A DNA stretch of 64,000 bases from an uncultured Planctomycetota bacterium (GTDB lineage: Bacteria; Planctomycetota; Phycisphaerae; Tepidisphaerales; Tepidisphaeraceae), in the NCBI GenBank assembly GCA_963841915.1, contig CAWJEN010000004.1, positions 1 through 64,000 on the forward strand, written 5' to 3'. The first letter of the stretch is position 1, and each line of letters begins with the position of its first letter. Position numbers and translations under genes: made by a program. Shown piece by piece: positions 21,037 to 30,815 of the stretch. Below the pieces are notes generated by a model. The model made no database searches. It was not told the origin of the DNA and saw nothing but the letters and a program-made list of their open reading frames with translations.

Positions 21037-21801
21037 ATGAGCGACCCCGCCCCAGACGCCATCGCCACCAACGTTGAACTCAGTGTGGTTGTGCCTGCGC
21101 TGGACGAACGGGACAACGTCGGGCCGCTCGTCGATGAAATCGAAGCCGCGCTCACCGACCGCGTCGACGGGTTCGAGCTGATCGTCGTCGATGACGGCAG
21201 CACCGATGGCACCAGTGATGAACTGGCCGTCATCGCCCAGACGCGGCCGTGGGTGCGGGTGTTGCGTCGGCCGACGCCGCGTGGTCAAAGCAGTGCCATG
21301 AAGGCTGGCATTGCTGCGGCGCGAGGCACCTACGTCGCCATGCTCGACGCCGACCTGCAGAACGATCCGGCCGACTTGCCGGAGATGCTCGACAAGCTCA
21401 AGGCCGGCGGCTTCGACCTCGTGCAAGGCGACCGTTCCCGCAACCGCCAGGACACGTTCTTCAAACGTCGCGCCAGCGTCGTCGGTCGCCTGTTCCGCCG
21501 CATGGTGCTGGGCGACCGCGTCCGCGATACCGGCTGCAGCGCCCGTGTGCTCAAGGCCGACTTTGCCCGTCGGTTGCCGCTGGAGTTCAAGGGCATGCAC
21601 CGCTTTATTCCTGCCTACACGTCACGGCTCGGCGGCAAGGTCGCCGAGTTCGACGTGCGTCACCGCCAACGGGCAGCAGGCGAGACCAAGTACGGCGTCG
21701 GCCCGCTCACCCGCGGGGCCGCAGGACTGGTCGACCTTTTTGCCGTCCGCTGGATGGGCAAACGGCTTCGCGACATCGAGGCAACGGAGGCGGGGCAATG
21801 A
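21037..21801 (+). CDS. Glycosyltransferase family 2 (polyprenol-phosphate glycosyltransferase-like)
   Basis: LSVVVPA.DE..N, VDDGSTDGT, DADLQNDP, DTGC, HRFIP, G.TKYG. Confidence 0.92.
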   Translation: MSDPAPDAIATNVELSVVVPALDERDNVGPLVDEIEAALTDRVDGFELIVVDDGSTDGTSDELAVIAQTRPWVRVLRRPTPRGQSSAMKAGIAAARGTYVAMLDADLQNDPADLPEMLDKLKAGGFDLVQGDRSRNRQDTFFKRRASVVGRLFRRMVLGDRVRDTGCSARVLKADFARRLPLEFKGMHRFIPAYTSRLGGKVAEFDVRHRQRAAGETKYGVGPLTRGAAGLVDLFAVRWMGKRLRDIEATEAGQ

Positions 21802-22310
21802 GCCGCCTGGTCCTGATCCTCGTGCTGCTGGCTGTATCGGTTCCTGCCGCAGTGGTGTCCGCCGACACGCTGCAGCGGGTCGAGCTCAGCGACCGTCTGG
21901 CAGACCTCGAGGTCATCGACAATCGCATTGTCGTCGACGGCGAATCACTCACGCCTGGCGACTTTATGGAAGTGCTCAAGCGGTCGCAAGGCTCGCGGCA
22001 GGACCGCGGGTTCCTGTACAAGATCCTCGACGTCACCGGCCCGCTGGGCGTGCTGTGGGTCGGGCTTGGCCTGCTCGGGCAGGTGCTGTTCACCGGCCGC
22101 CTAGTCGTGCAGTGGCTCGTCAGCGAAAAGGAGCGTCGCAGCATCGTGCCGCCTGCGTTCTGGTGGATGAGCTTCGGCGGGGCGGCACTGCTGCTGGCCT
22201 ACTTCATCTGGCGGACCGACATTGTCGGCATTCTGGGACAGTCGACGGGCTTCTTCATCTACGCCCGCAACCTCTGGATGATCTACTTCCCCAAACCGCA
22301 GTTCGGCTAA
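21798..22310 (+). CDS. Lipid A biosynthesis N-terminal (LAB_N) domain protein
   Basis: GLLGQVLFTGRLVVQWL.SEK..RS.VP.AFWWMS..G...LL.Y, IY.RNL; ATGA overlap with the GT2 gene. Confidence 0.88.
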   Translation: MSRLVLILVLLAVSVPAAVVSADTLQRVELSDRLADLEVIDNRIVVDGESLTPGDFMEVLKRSQGSRQDRGFLYKILDVTGPLGVLWVGLGLLGQVLFTGRLVVQWLVSEKERRSIVPPAFWWMSFGGAALLLAYFIWRTDIVGILGQSTGFFIYARNLWMIYFPKPQFG

Positions 22311-22337
22311 GTTCGCCGGCCCGGATAGACTGCCGGC

Positions 22338-23483
22338 GTGGCTGGTGTAGCAGACAAAAACGCGTTCAAGGCCGGCCTCTTCATCGTCGCGACGGTGGCG
22401 TTGTTCTTTGCCATCCTGTGGCTCGTCTCCGGACGCACCGTCGCAGGTGGCACCGAACGGACCGTCGTCTTCAACCTTCAGGCCGACGTCGCGGGCCTGG
22501 CCCCCGGCAGCGAAGTGCGGCTTGGCGGAAAAAACGTGGGCGAGGTGCTCAATGTCGAGTTCGACGACGACTACAACCGCGTGCTCGTCAAGATCGCGCT
22601 GCCTGATGACGTGCCGTTGAAGAACGGCGCAACGGCCCAGGTGCAGTCGACGCTGACCGGCATCACGTGGATCAACGTCAACCAGCTCGGTGACGGGGCA
22701 GATTTGCCCAAGGACGAGCCGATCGTCGGCACGTCGGGCGCTTTAAATGAATTGCTCGCCGCCCTTGGTGAGGCGGTGCCTGAGCTCAAGTCTGCCATCG
22801 AGGACATTCGCCAGCAGACGCTACCTGCGGCCACGGAGACGCTGGCCGGCATCCTCGATGCTGCCAACTCCGTCACGATGATCATCGGCGACGAGACGAT
22901 GAACGACGACCTGCGGCAAACCCTGGCGAACCTGCGGCAAACGAGCGAGGCCATGCCGCAGCTCATCGACGATTCGCAGAAGCTCGTGACCTCGGCGACG
23001 GCCGCGGTCGACTCAGTTCGGTCGACCGTCGAAGAGACGGGCTCGACCTTGTCGAGTGTGCTCGTAAAGGCCGACGATGCGGCGACGGACGTCAAGGCGG
23101 CCGCCTCGGGCGCTGCCGGCGCGGTGGCGGAAGTGTCGAGCCTGATCCGTCGCAACCGGCCGCAGCTGGGCCTGATCATCGACCGGCTCGCCAACACGGG
23201 CAGGACGCTCGAACTGGCATCGGCGGAAATTCGCCGTAGTCCATGGCGACTGCTTTACCAACCCAGCGGCGGTCAACGGGAGAGCCTTGATCTCTACGAC
23301 GCCGCCCGTCGCTTTGCCGAGGGTGCCAACGCGTTGCAGGACGCCGCCGTGGCATTGGAAGGCGTCGCCGACGATCCGCAGGCCGACGAGCAGGCAGTGC
23401 GTGACGTGTTGGACCGCGTGCGGGCGCGCTTCGACGAATACGAAGAGGCTGAGCGCGTGCTGTTCGAGCGGATTCGCGAGTAG
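22338..23483 (+). CDS. MlaD/MCE family protein
   Basis: 'FKAGLF' N-terminal TM, V.GL..GSEVRLGG..VGEV MCE motif, long helical C-terminus ending in PWRLL. Confidence 0.85.
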   Translation: MAGVADKNAFKAGLFIVATVALFFAILWLVSGRTVAGGTERTVVFNLQADVAGLAPGSEVRLGGKNVGEVLNVEFDDDYNRVLVKIALPDDVPLKNGATAQVQSTLTGITWINVNQLGDGADLPKDEPIVGTSGALNELLAALGEAVPELKSAIEDIRQQTLPAATETLAGILDAANSVTMIIGDETMNDDLRQTLANLRQTSEAMPQLIDDSQKLVTSATAAVDSVRSTVEETGSTLSSVLVKADDAATDVKAAASGAAGAVAEVSSLIRRNRPQLGLIIDRLANTGRTLELASAEIRRSPWRLLYQPSGGQRESLDLYDAARRFAEGANALQDAAVALEGVADDPQADEQAVRDVLDRVRARFDEYEEAERVLFERIRE

Positions 23484-23543
23484 CTGTGAGCGGCAACGCG
23501 ATCTTCCCCGCGACCCGTCGATGGCCGGGTACGATGGTTGCTC

Positions 23544-24746
23544 ATGTCTGACCAAGCAGAGAACGCCCGTCATTTGCGTGAAGCCTCGCCACGTCCACCG
23601 GTCGAAGACGATCGACTGCAGCCACGCGCCCGCGGACACGCACCGCCGCGGGATCTCGAGCAGGCGGTGGAGTCGGCAGAGCCCAAGACGACCATCCGTC
23701 GGCGCGACCTGCGCGACGTGCTGCAGATCATTGACGACCTTGAAGACGAGCTGCACGAAGTAGCGGACGGCGACCTCATCGTCCGCATCATTCGGACTGC
23801 GGTGAAGCTGCTCCGTGACGACACCAACCGCGGCGACCTGAAGCTGTTCGACAACGCGTTCCGGGAGCTGCGGTACGCGATGAAGGTGTTCGCGCCGTAC
23901 CGCGACACGCTGAAGATCAGCATCTTCGGCAGTGCCCGCACAAAGCCGGACGCGCGGGATTACCAGCTGGCCGAACAGTTCGGCCGCGACATGGAGCGCA
24001 ACGGGTGGATGATCATCACCGGCGCCGGTGGCGGTATCATGGCCGCCGGGCACGGCGGGGCAGGGGCCAAAGGCTCGTTCGGGCTTAACATTTCGCTGCC
24101 CTTCGAGCAGTCGGCCAACGAGTTCATTCACGGCGACCCGAAGCTCGTCGACTTCAAATACTTCTTCACCCGCAAGCTCATGTTTGTGCGGAGCAGCCAT
24201 GCCGTGGCGCTGTTTCCCGGTGGATTCGGCACAATGGACGAAGGCTTCGAGGTCATGACGCTCATTCAGACCGGCAAGTGTCCGCCGATGCCGCTCGTGC
24301 TGATCGACCACGACGGCAGCGACTACTGGTCGGCGTGGGACGACTACGTGCAGAACCACCTGCTCCGTGACGGCCTCATCAGCACCCAGGATCTGCACCT
24401 CTACCAGCGGACGCAGAGCATCGACGAGGCGGCTGAAATCTGCCGCAAGTTCTACGATAACTATCACTCGCTGCGGTATTCGCGTGACCTGATCATTCTT
24501 AGGCTCAAGCGTCGCGTGACGGACGAGCAGCTCGAGGCGTTGAAGGAACAGTTTGCCGACATCGTTGATCCGGTCGTGGCCGAGCGGATAGGCGACCGCG
24601 TGTGGCGCAGTTGTGGCCCGCTGAAAGTTGAGCGTAACGAGAAGAAACTGCGACATCTGCACCGACTCGTCTTCCCGTTCAATCGTCGCGACCACGGCAG
24701 ACTTCGGCAGCTCATCGACCACCTCAACGACCTGCCCAGCGCGTGA
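23544..24746 (+). CDS. LOG family (TIGR00730-like) nucleotide phosphoribohydrolase
   Basis: SIFGSART, ITGAGGGIM, LPFEQ, FFTRK, PGGFGTMDE. Confidence 0.9.
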   Translation: MSDQAENARHLREASPRPPVEDDRLQPRARGHAPPRDLEQAVESAEPKTTIRRRDLRDVLQIIDDLEDELHEVADGDLIVRIIRTAVKLLRDDTNRGDLKLFDNAFRELRYAMKVFAPYRDTLKISIFGSARTKPDARDYQLAEQFGRDMERNGWMIITGAGGGIMAAGHGGAGAKGSFGLNISLPFEQSANEFIHGDPKLVDFKYFFTRKLMFVRSSHAVALFPGGFGTMDEGFEVMTLIQTGKCPPMPLVLIDHDGSDYWSAWDDYVQNHLLRDGLISTQDLHLYQRTQSIDEAAEICRKFYDNYHSLRYSRDLIILRLKRRVTDEQLEALKEQFADIVDPVVAERIGDRVWRSCGPLKVERNEKKLRHLHRLVFPFNRRDHGRLRQLIDHLNDLPSA

Positions 24747-26173
24747 TGCGACGTGATCGCCTTTGGATGATCACGCTGCTGGCAACGCTGCCGGGTGTCA
24801 TCATGCTGCTGCTGGCGACGCGGCACGGGCTTTCCCTCGGCGGTGACGCGGCGACGTACCTCGATATCGCCCGCTCGATCGGCCTCGGCGACGGGCCGAC
24901 AACAAGCGGCTTCGGGGCGACGGAGCCCCTCGCGTCGGCACACTTTCCGCCGCTGTATCCGTTGCTGCTGACGACCGTCGGCGAGAGCCGAGTCGTACAC
25001 GCGCTGCTGCTGATCTCAACCGGGCTGCTCGCGGCGGCTGTCGTTGCTCACTTCGACGCAAAGCAGCTCGTGCCGATCGTCGTGGCAAGTCTGCTGGTGA
25101 CGATGCACGCCGACGTCTTGCGGCTGTTCGCCGGCGTGAGCAGCGAGGCGTTGTTCGTGCCGTTGTTCCTTGCGTCCGTGGTCGCAGCGCTGTCGAACAG
25201 GCCGTGGCTCACCGCCGCCGCGGTGGCCGGGGCAATGATGACGCGGCACGTCGGTGTGGCGTTGCTGATCCTGCCGATGCTGGCGGCAGGTCGCAAGCAG
25301 TGGTTGACCGGCGTTGCCGCGACGACGGTCGCCGCGACGCCGTACCTCGTTTGGCGGCTTTGGCTGGTATCGCAAGAGGCCGTGTCGGATCGCGTCCTGC
25401 GTTGGCACCCGCCGACGTGGCACGACTGGGTGGAAAGCGTCGCGAGCGCCGGACGCTGGTTGCTGCCCGTCGAGTCGCAAACGGCATGGCCTTTTGCGCT
25501 TGTCGGGCTCGTGGTCCTGCCGATGTTCGTCGCCTTAATAGCCCGGCGGCCGGTCGTGCTGATGGCCGTCGCTGCGTATGTACTCGTCGTGCTCGTCGCC
25601 CGCTCGCTGTTCGACGCGACGATCCCAATGGGTGGACGCATCTGGGCACCGCTCGTCGTCGTGTTCGTGCCGCTAGCAGTCGCGGCGGTGCCCAGAAGCG
25701 GGATCGCGACCAATCCGATCAGTCTCGCCATTGTGCAGTTGCAACGGCATCTCCTGGTCGGCCTCACCGTCGCGGTCGTCGCGAGCCAACTTGCCGTCTC
25801 GATCTGGTTCGTCGTCGACCGCTTCCGACGCGGCAGCGGCTACGCATCGCCCGCCTGGCGACAGTCACCGACGCTGCAATACGCCGGCGCTTTGCCGCCA
25901 GATGTGGCGGTCATCAGCAACGGTGCAGACGCCATTCAAGTCCTGCTCGGCCGCGCGGCGACACTACCACCGCTTGCTGTCTTCCCGACCGCAGGTCGCG
26001 CCAACACGGGTCGCTATAACGAGCTCCGCAGCCTCGCCGAGTCGCCGCAGACGATCGTCTGGTTCGACCGCATTGATCGGCCGTACTTCGTCACGCCTGA
26101 CGACTTACGCCGCTACCTCGACGCCGACGACGTCGCCCGCTTCGACGACGGCTTTGTGTTGCGTTCCCGCTGA
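24743..26173 (+). CDS. Polytopic membrane protein, probable GT-C (ArnT/PMT-like) glycosyltransferase
   Basis: D...Y..IAR, HFPPLYPLLL, SE.LF motifs, about 11 TM helices. Confidence 0.6.
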   Translation: MMRRDRLWMITLLATLPGVIMLLLATRHGLSLGGDAATYLDIARSIGLGDGPTTSGFGATEPLASAHFPPLYPLLLTTVGESRVVHALLLISTGLLAAAVVAHFDAKQLVPIVVASLLVTMHADVLRLFAGVSSEALFVPLFLASVVAALSNRPWLTAAAVAGAMMTRHVGVALLILPMLAAGRKQWLTGVAATTVAATPYLVWRLWLVSQEAVSDRVLRWHPPTWHDWVESVASAGRWLLPVESQTAWPFALVGLVVLPMFVALIARRPVVLMAVAAYVLVVLVARSLFDATIPMGGRIWAPLVVVFVPLAVAAVPRSGIATNPISLAIVQLQRHLLVGLTVAVVASQLAVSIWFVVDRFRRGSGYASPAWRQSPTLQYAGALPPDVAVISNGADAIQVLLGRAATLPPLAVFPTAGRANTGRYNELRSLAESPQTIVWFDRIDRPYFVTPDDLRRYLDADDVARFDDGFVLRSR

Positions 26174-26850
26174 CGCAGCACTTTCGGCCCCTCGGGGCAG
26201 TGCTTCAGCAGCACGCACGTCTCGCACTTGGGCGACTGGCTGCGGCACGTCGAGCGGCCGTGCCAGATGAGCAAGTGCGACCACTGCGTCCACTCGTCCT
26301 GCGGCACGCAGTCGGCTAGATCGGCCTCGACCTTCACCGCGTCGTCGTGTCGCGTGAGCCCGAGCCTTCGCGACAGGCGGCCGACGTGCGTGTCGACGGT
26401 GACGCCCACGTTGATGTTGAAGGCGTTGCCGAGGACCACGTTGGCTGTCTTTCGTCCGACACCTGCCAGTTGCGTCAGCTCGTCCATCGTCTGCGGCACC
26501 TGCCCGTCGTGCTTTGTCGAAACGTCGGTTGCCATGCTTCGGATCGCCTTGGCCTTCTGCCTGAAGAAGCCGCAAGAGGCGACGAACGATTCCAGCTCAG
26601 CCGGCTCAGCCGCCGCATAATCGGCCGCCGTTGGGTAAGCAGCAAAGAGCACCGGCGTCGTCAGGTTCACCCTTTCGTCCGTGCACTGGGCCGACAGAAT
26701 CGTCGCCACCAGCAACTGCAACGGCGTCTCGAAGTTCAGACTGCACCGCGCCTCCGGGTACGTCTGCTGCAGGATCGGCAAGATAATCGACACCCGCGCC
26801 CGTCGCTTGCGGAAGGTCGCGGGTGCGGATCGACTCATCTTTCCCGGCAT
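26113..26850 (-). CDS. nth: Endonuclease III
   Basis: LLVATILSAQCTDERVN, L.GVGRKTANVV HhH, VDTHV.R, Cx6Cx2Cx5C 4Fe-4S motif. Confidence 0.96.
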   Translation of the reverse strand: MPGKMSRSAPATFRKRRARVSIILPILQQTYPEARCSLNFETPLQLLVATILSAQCTDERVNLTTPVLFAAYPTAADYAAAEPAELESFVASCGFFRQKAKAIRSMATDVSTKHDGQVPQTMDELTQLAGVGRKTANVVLGNAFNINVGVTVDTHVGRLSRRLGLTRHDDAVKVEADLADCVPQDEWTQWSHLLIWHGRSTCRSQSPKCETCVLLKHCPEGPKVLRQRERNTKPSSKRATSSASR

Positions 26851-26858
26851 AAGCGACG

Positions 26859-29492
26859 CTAGACCAGGCTCAGCGTCGACATCCAATGGTTGTCGAGGGC
26901 TTGGCCGTACCCACCGCCGAAGACGTGGAGCTTGTCAGCGACGATAAGGCTGTGCACGCCGAACCGTCGTTGCGGCAGGTTCGCCAGGAGCGACCATTGG
27001 TCGGTCTGCGTGTCGTAGAGGTAGACCGTGTCGGTGGGTGACGTGTCCCACTCGGTCCCCGTGCCGTTGCCACCGGCGATGATGATGTAGCGGTCCTTCC
27101 AGACAACGGTCGACTGGTCGATGTGCCCGCGTGCTTCGGGCAGGCCGCGGACGCTGGTCCACTGCCTCGTCGTCGGGTTGTAGCGCGAGACGTCCGCCCG
27201 CGCGCCGCTCCACTGATCATCCTCGATCTGCCCGCCGATAAGGTAGATGTTGCCACCGACGGTAACGGCCGAGACGTGATCGCGGGCGACGGGTGTGTCC
27301 GTCTCGCTCCGCCAGCCTGTCGACGGATTTGCCAGGTCCAGGCTGATGTGCCTGGTGCTGTTGGAGACGAAGTCGTTCTGGCCGTCACGGACCATGCCCG
27401 ACAAGACGTGCACGCGGCTGCCGACCATGGTGACGCCGTGACCGCTGATGGCGTGGGGCATCTTGACGAAGTCGTCGAATCGGTTCGTCTGCGGGTTGTA
27501 GATCCAACTGCGGTCGGTCACGCCGGTGATGCCGTCATTCGTCGCGGCGGTGCTGTGACCGCCGAAGAGGTAGGCCTTGCCGCCGTGTGCGACGCCGCCG
27601 AGGTGCGTGACAGCCGCGGGCAGGTCGGCAACCTGTCGCCAGCCACCGGTTTGATGGTTGAAGGCGTAGCCGGAGCGGTCGACGGTCCACGACCGGTCGA
27701 AGAAGCCGCCCCACATGAAGGTCTCGTGCCCGATCGTGACCTGCACGCCCTCCATGATGTTGCGCGGCACGCTGCCATGCGTCATGAACATGGTGGCGGC
27801 CACGGTGCTCGACGCATCGGGCGTGCCCGAGCCGCCGTCGTCGCCGGGATTGGTGACTCGCTTGAGCTCGAACTTGTCGAGGTTGCCGACGTCACCGCCC
27901 GCCGCCCGCTCAAAGGTGATGCGGATCACGTGCGCGCCGGGGTGCATGTGGAAGCGACCGATGTCGATGTCGCTGTACGTGTGCCAGCCGCGCTGCGGAA
28001 TGTGCTTGACACCGATCGGCGTGCCGTCGATCTCGAAACGGAGCTTACCGCCACTGACGCCAGTTGCCGCCGTGGCGACGAGGTCGTAGTTGCCGTGCAC
28101 GTCGAGGTTCAGCGTGTACTCGAGCCATTCACCCGCCGCCGCCCAGCCGACGTTCGTCCGGCCGTGGATCGTCTCGATGTCGACATCCTCGCCGCGACCG
28201 TTCTGCCCGCCGAAGTCGCCGATCGTGGTGTCACTGAAGGCAACGCCCGCGCCCCCCATGTCATAGTGCTCGGCCTGAATTACGGCCGGTGCGGTCGCAG
28301 GCGACAGCGAGAACGGATGCTGACCGGTCGGCTGCGGATCGACTGGTGGCTGTGGATCGACAGGCGGCTGCGGCGTCGTCGGGCCGCCGACGCGGTTCAT
28401 GCTGAACTTGTCGAAGTTCCCCGTGTCACCGTTCCAATCCTGCTGAAATGTCACACGCACGACGTGCGTCCCGACCGCCAACTGAGCCTGGCCGATGTTG
28501 ATCGTGTTGTACCGGTGCCAGCCATGCTCTGGGATTGTCTTCTCCCCGACGCGGCTGCCGTTGATGTCGAAGCGGAGCGTCGCCTTGCTGATGCCTGTCG
28601 CGGCGACTGCCTTCAGCTCGTAGGTGCCTGCCTCTGCAACGTGCACCGTGTACTCCAGCCACTCGCCCGACTTGGCCCAGCCGACAGACGTTCGGCCGTC
28701 GCTCCGGGCGATGTCGACACCATCGCCCCGACCGTTGCTCCCGCCCGAATCACTGGCCGTCGTCTCGTGATATGCCACGCCCTCGCCGCCGAGGTCATAG
28801 TGCTCGGCCTCGATCGTGCCGGGCCGTGCCGGTGATTGCGAATAGGGCAACTGGCCGTTTGGTTGCGGATTGCTCGGCGGCGGGGGCGTAACTGGTGGCT
28901 GCGGATTCGTCGGCGGTTGCGGATCGACCGGCGGCTGGCCGCCGACCGGCGTCAGGCTGAACTTGTCAAAGTTGGCCACGTCACCACCGCCGGGCCGGTC
29001 GAAGCTCACGCGGATCACGTGCCTGCCTGCGTCGAGCCCGACGACGCCAATGTTCAGATTGCGGTAGTTGCCGAAGCCATCACCGGGCACAGCCGTTGTG
29101 CCGATGTGCGTGGTGCCGACGTCGAAGCGGATGGCAGCGTTGCTCATGCCCGACGCGGCAAGGGCCTTGACCTTGTAGTTCCCGGCGGTGGCGACATCGA
29201 CGGAGTACTCCAGCCACTCACCTGCCGTCGCCCAGCCGACGTTCGTGCGACCCCAGCGGGTCTCGATGTCGACGCCTTCGCCGCGTCCGTTGTCGCCGCC
29301 GTAGTCGCTGCGGCTCGTGTCGTGGTAAGCCACGCCTTCGCCACCGACGTCGTAGTGTTCGGCCTCAATGGTGCCGGGTGCTGCCGGTGAAAGGTGGAAG
29401 GGAGATTGGCTCAGCAGCTTGCGAACCTCTAGCTGCTCGAGCGTGCAGAAGGCGGCACGGGACGTGGTACGACGGGAAGCAGCGTTATTCAT
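26859..29492 (-). CDS. Secreted protein: planctomycete N-terminal motif + 3 CBM6-like modules + Kelch propeller
   Basis: LEQLEVRKLLS; three IEAEHYD.GG.GVA..D / VGW...GEWLEY repeats with Pro-rich linkers; Kelch GG..Y..W repeats. Confidence 0.85.
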   Translation of the reverse strand: MNNAASRRTTSRAAFCTLEQLEVRKLLSQSPFHLSPAAPGTIEAEHYDVGGEGVAYHDTSRSDYGGDNGRGEGVDIETRWGRTNVGWATAGEWLEYSVDVATAGNYKVKALAASGMSNAAIRFDVGTTHIGTTAVPGDGFGNYRNLNIGVVGLDAGRHVIRVSFDRPGGGDVANFDKFSLTPVGGQPPVDPQPPTNPQPPVTPPPPSNPQPNGQLPYSQSPARPGTIEAEHYDLGGEGVAYHETTASDSGGSNGRGDGVDIARSDGRTSVGWAKSGEWLEYTVHVAEAGTYELKAVAATGISKATLRFDINGSRVGEKTIPEHGWHRYNTINIGQAQLAVGTHVVRVTFQQDWNGDTGNFDKFSMNRVGGPTTPQPPVDPQPPVDPQPTGQHPFSLSPATAPAVIQAEHYDMGGAGVAFSDTTIGDFGGQNGRGEDVDIETIHGRTNVGWAAAGEWLEYTLNLDVHGNYDLVATAATGVSGGKLRFEIDGTPIGVKHIPQRGWHTYSDIDIGRFHMHPGAHVIRITFERAAGGDVGNLDKFELKRVTNPGDDGGSGTPDASSTVAATMFMTHGSVPRNIMEGVQVTIGHETFMWGGFFDRSWTVDRSGYAFNHQTGGWRQVADLPAAVTHLGGVAHGGKAYLFGGHSTAATNDGITGVTDRSWIYNPQTNRFDDFVKMPHAISGHGVTMVGSRVHVLSGMVRDGQNDFVSNSTRHISLDLANPSTGWRSETDTPVARDHVSAVTVGGNIYLIGGQIEDDQWSGARADVSRYNPTTRQWTSVRGLPEARGHIDQSTVVWKDRYIIIAGGNGTGTEWDTSPTDTVYLYDTQTDQWSLLANLPQRRFGVHSLIVADKLHVFGGGYGQALDNHWMSTLSLV

Positions 29493-29623
29493 GTGATGCG
29501 GTCGAAGCGGTCGGGCTTCTGCCGAATCATGAACGGTGATTTAACGAGTACAAAAAATCGTCACCCGCCAACACCGCCCAATAACGCGGACGGGTCGGCA
29601 CAGCTTCTTGTTGCATTCGAGGG

Positions 29624-29668
29624 AAGCGGCGAAAGGGGCTCGAACCCTCAACATTCAGCTTGGAAGGC
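29624..29668 (-). repeat. att site: displaced 3' portion of tRNA-Gly
   Basis: aagcggcgaaagggg(c)tcgaaccctcaacattcagcttggaaggc matches 52791-52835 except c/t at 29639/52806. Confidence 0.95.
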
Positions 29669-29791
29669 GATCCAGCGGTGGCTGGATCGGCGTCCTGACG
29701 CTGCCAGAGGGGGTTGGGGAACGGGGAAAGGCCCGAGAAGGGCCACGAAGCTGATACAACCTGATACCCGGCCCGAACCGCCTGCGCGGTA

Positions 29792-30235
29792 TCAACGTGA
29801 TCCCCTGCAAGGGAACGGCGATCGGGCATGGTGTAGGCCGTTGGTGGCACCGCGGGAACATGATACCCGCAGTGGTCGGCGGCGGGTAGCGCTCATCCTA
29901 GTGATCTGCTCCGACGACGCCTCCCGCACGGTCTCAGGCGGCAGGACTGCGGCGCGTGCGTCGCTGTCCGGCAGAGCAATCTCGAAGACAAGCCCGTTCA
30001 CGCGCCTCAAAATCTCAGCCTGTTTCGCCTTCGTGCGTGCAACGCCGGGCGGCGACGACACGTCATCGTGCGTGCCGAAGGCGATCGGTCGAGCTGGCAC
30101 GTCCAAAACAAGGTGGACATGGTCGCGGACGGTGAATGCGTGCGACCGCGTGACGGAGCCGACGATGGTGGCCGACCACCCCATTTGCGGTAGAGGATGC
30201 CGTACGAAGAACGGCCGCTCTGGCAGCGCGTTCAA
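29792..30235 (-). CDS. Hypothetical protein
   Basis: Last of four coupled ORFs; TTG start overlaps the upstream TGA. Confidence 0.45.
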   Translation of the reverse strand: MNALPERPFFVRHPLPQMGWSATIVGSVTRSHAFTVRDHVHLVLDVPARPIAFGTHDDVSSPPGVARTKAKQAEILRRVNGLVFEIALPDSDARAAVLPPETVREASSEQITRMSATRRRPLRVSCSRGATNGLHHARSPFPCRGSR

Positions 30236-30468
30236 TGCGTCCTAGACCACCCTACCCTGCCGCGGCGAGAGAAGCAGGGGGAGGCAGCGGCCGCCAGGAG
30301 TGTTTCGTGGCTGCTTCGGAGGAGGGTGATGGCCGCGTTCCACAACTTCGTGCGGTACATCGAGCGAGACTGCTCATCGCTGGCGGCAGCGATGGCTCGG
30401 CCGGCAAGGTTATCTATATAGAAGATAAACGCCTGTCGCTCTGGCGTCAGCTTCCCTAGATCGGCCAT
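30232..30468 (-). CDS. Hypothetical protein
   Basis: TGATG stop/start overlap with the upstream ORF. Confidence 0.55.
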   Translation of the reverse strand: MADLGKLTPERQAFIFYIDNLAGRAIAAASDEQSRSMYRTKLWNAAITLLRSSHETLLAAAASPCFSRRGRVGWSRTH

Positions 30469-30815
30469 CAGCACCTCGCGATTAGTTCAAGCACCGCCGC
30501 GTTGCAACTCCACCGCCGCCACTCCTCCGCGATAATCTGCCGCAAGTGGCTGCGTAGTGGCTCTGCAATGATCGGGTCATTCGCCTCACCGGTCTCGTGG
30601 TCAACGCTTCGAAACTCGACACCCCGAAGATCGCGGTCAATGCCGCCAAGCCACGGCAGCGGCCAAAGATCATCGTCGTCTCCGTCGACGACCTCAACTA
30701 GGACCAACTTGCCGTCACGGATTGTCAGCGCGAGATCACGAGCGTCACCTCCTAAGAGACGTCGCAGGACCTCCGACGAGAGTAGGTTCTCGTACTCTCG
30801 CCTTGTCGGTCTCAT
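30468..30815 (-). CDS. Hypothetical protein
   Basis: ATGA overlap with the upstream ORF. Confidence 0.6.
   Translation of the reverse strand: MRPTRREYENLLSSEVLRRLLGGDARDLALTIRDGKLVLVEVVDGDDDDLWPLPWLGGIDRDLRGVEFRSVDHETGEANDPIIAEPLRSHLRQIIAEEWRRWSCNAAVLELIARC

Noticed and set aside
28320..28940. Short tandem DNA repeats (ggatcgac.gg.ggctg)
   Set aside because: They encode Pro-rich PPVDPQ linkers between CBM modules.
29624..29668. Second tRNA-Gly gene
   Set aside because: Only the anticodon loop to 3' end is present; there is no D-arm or 5' acceptor strand, so it is an att remnant.
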